Origin: Callorhinchus milii
Lineage: Eukaryota
Assembly (NCBI RefSeq): GCF_018977255.1
Contig: NW_024704742.1
Span: 130,326,001 to 130,390,000, forward strand
DNA length: 64,000 nt
Direction of reading: 5' to 3'
The position numbers were made by a program, and so were the translations under genes. Shown one piece after another: positions 63,036-64,000 of the stretch. Under the pieces are notes generated by a model. The model worked only from the letters and a program-made list of their open reading frames with translations. It made no database searches and was not told the origin of the DNA. How positions within the stretch are numbered: the stretch's first letter is position 1; the number at the start of each line of letters is the position of its first letter.

Positions 63036-64000
63036 TCTACTTTGAGCCAATGGTGATGCTCCTTACTATTACGCACCCTCCCTAGGATCCACCAGCTCAT
63101 TGAATCCCATTAGATCCACCTCAAGATATTCATCATATAGTCCGGGCTGACACTCCAATACAGTACTGGGGGTGCAGTCCTTCAATGAGATGTTAAACTG
63201 AGGTCCCGACTGCCTGTTCAGGTGGACGTTAAAGATTTATTTGTAGGTCTGGAGTAATCTCCAGCTGTTCCTACTGAATTAATTGCAGCAGCTCGACCCA
63301 CTGTCCCACACAAGGCCTCTATTACATTCCAAAAGATATACCTGCAACATACTTTCAGCACATTATAAAATAACCTTAACACTCATATACACCCACCTCA
63401 GTACTCATTCAGATTGACAGCATTTTAACCAGTGTCTCAAATTCACACACACATGCACATGCGGAGAATTTCAAACACATCGATAGCACAGTAGTGCAGT
63501 AAATGTTCCTGGTCAAAATCTCCCCCTCGTCAATCAGGGGTTATTATAAAAACACAGACTAAGGCTTCTCAAAGCCCTTAAGACCACAGTCTTCAAGTTT
63601 AGCATCTGGTAAAACTGTGGATAAATCTGTCTTAAAAAAAGCATAAAACCTGACTTTCAAATTGCTGTTAAGATTGAATTTAAGAATGTTCCCAAATCCC
63701 TCTCAATTATATATTCTATATATTCTAAGACGACGTCTCGGAGCATCTCTGACAATGGTTTTAAGGAAACAACTATGAATAATTTCAGGCCTCAGTGGAA
63801 TCGCTGTGAACCATCTGTTTTGAAGTACAAAATGTCAATGCCTCCCCTCCCCCCCCACCCCACACCAAACATACTGCTGACTCCCGATGACACAGAAGGC
63901 AGATGGAATGAGGATGTGTGTTTGTGGGGGGAGGGAGGGGGTTAGACGCCAGATGCCTTCACATCAAACTCAAGAACTGAGCGAACAGGACACTTCTGCC

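Noticed and set aside
1..64000. CRISPR array, operon or other prokaryote-type system
   Set aside because: The repeats are dispersed, diverged vertebrate SINEs and LINEs with no regular repeat-spacer period, and there is no gene-dense coding structure.

Overview
Eukaryotic, repeat-dense vertebrate DNA. The repeat types point to a cartilaginous fish, possibly a chimaera (inference only). The one convincing host coding sequence is the start-codon exon of a PDZD2-family gene on the minus strand (CDS 59591-59101, phase-2 GT donor; probable acceptor just before 59979). I found no next coding exon, so 1-59100 is read as part of one very long intron. It is filled with a tRNA-Ala(CGC)-headed SINE (about 19 long copies plus many tails), an older SacSINE1/DeuSINE-like SINE sharing the same 3' half, L2 and CR1 LINE 3' fragments, MARE3-like relics and palindromic MITE-like elements. 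Almost all ORFs in the supplied track are spurious or LINE remnants. Best leads: a hammerhead-ribozyme core inside a Penelope-type palindrome (857-889); a two-copy L2-tailed element with an unrecognised head (29111, 34930); a SINE-L2 chimera (21067-21778); inverted SINEs bracketing the start exon; overlapping uORFs at the start codon; a four-armed nested palindrome (33407-33845); and two possible intronic promoters. I saw no evidence of a new protein-coding system. Repeat boundaries and family names were assigned by eye and are approximate.
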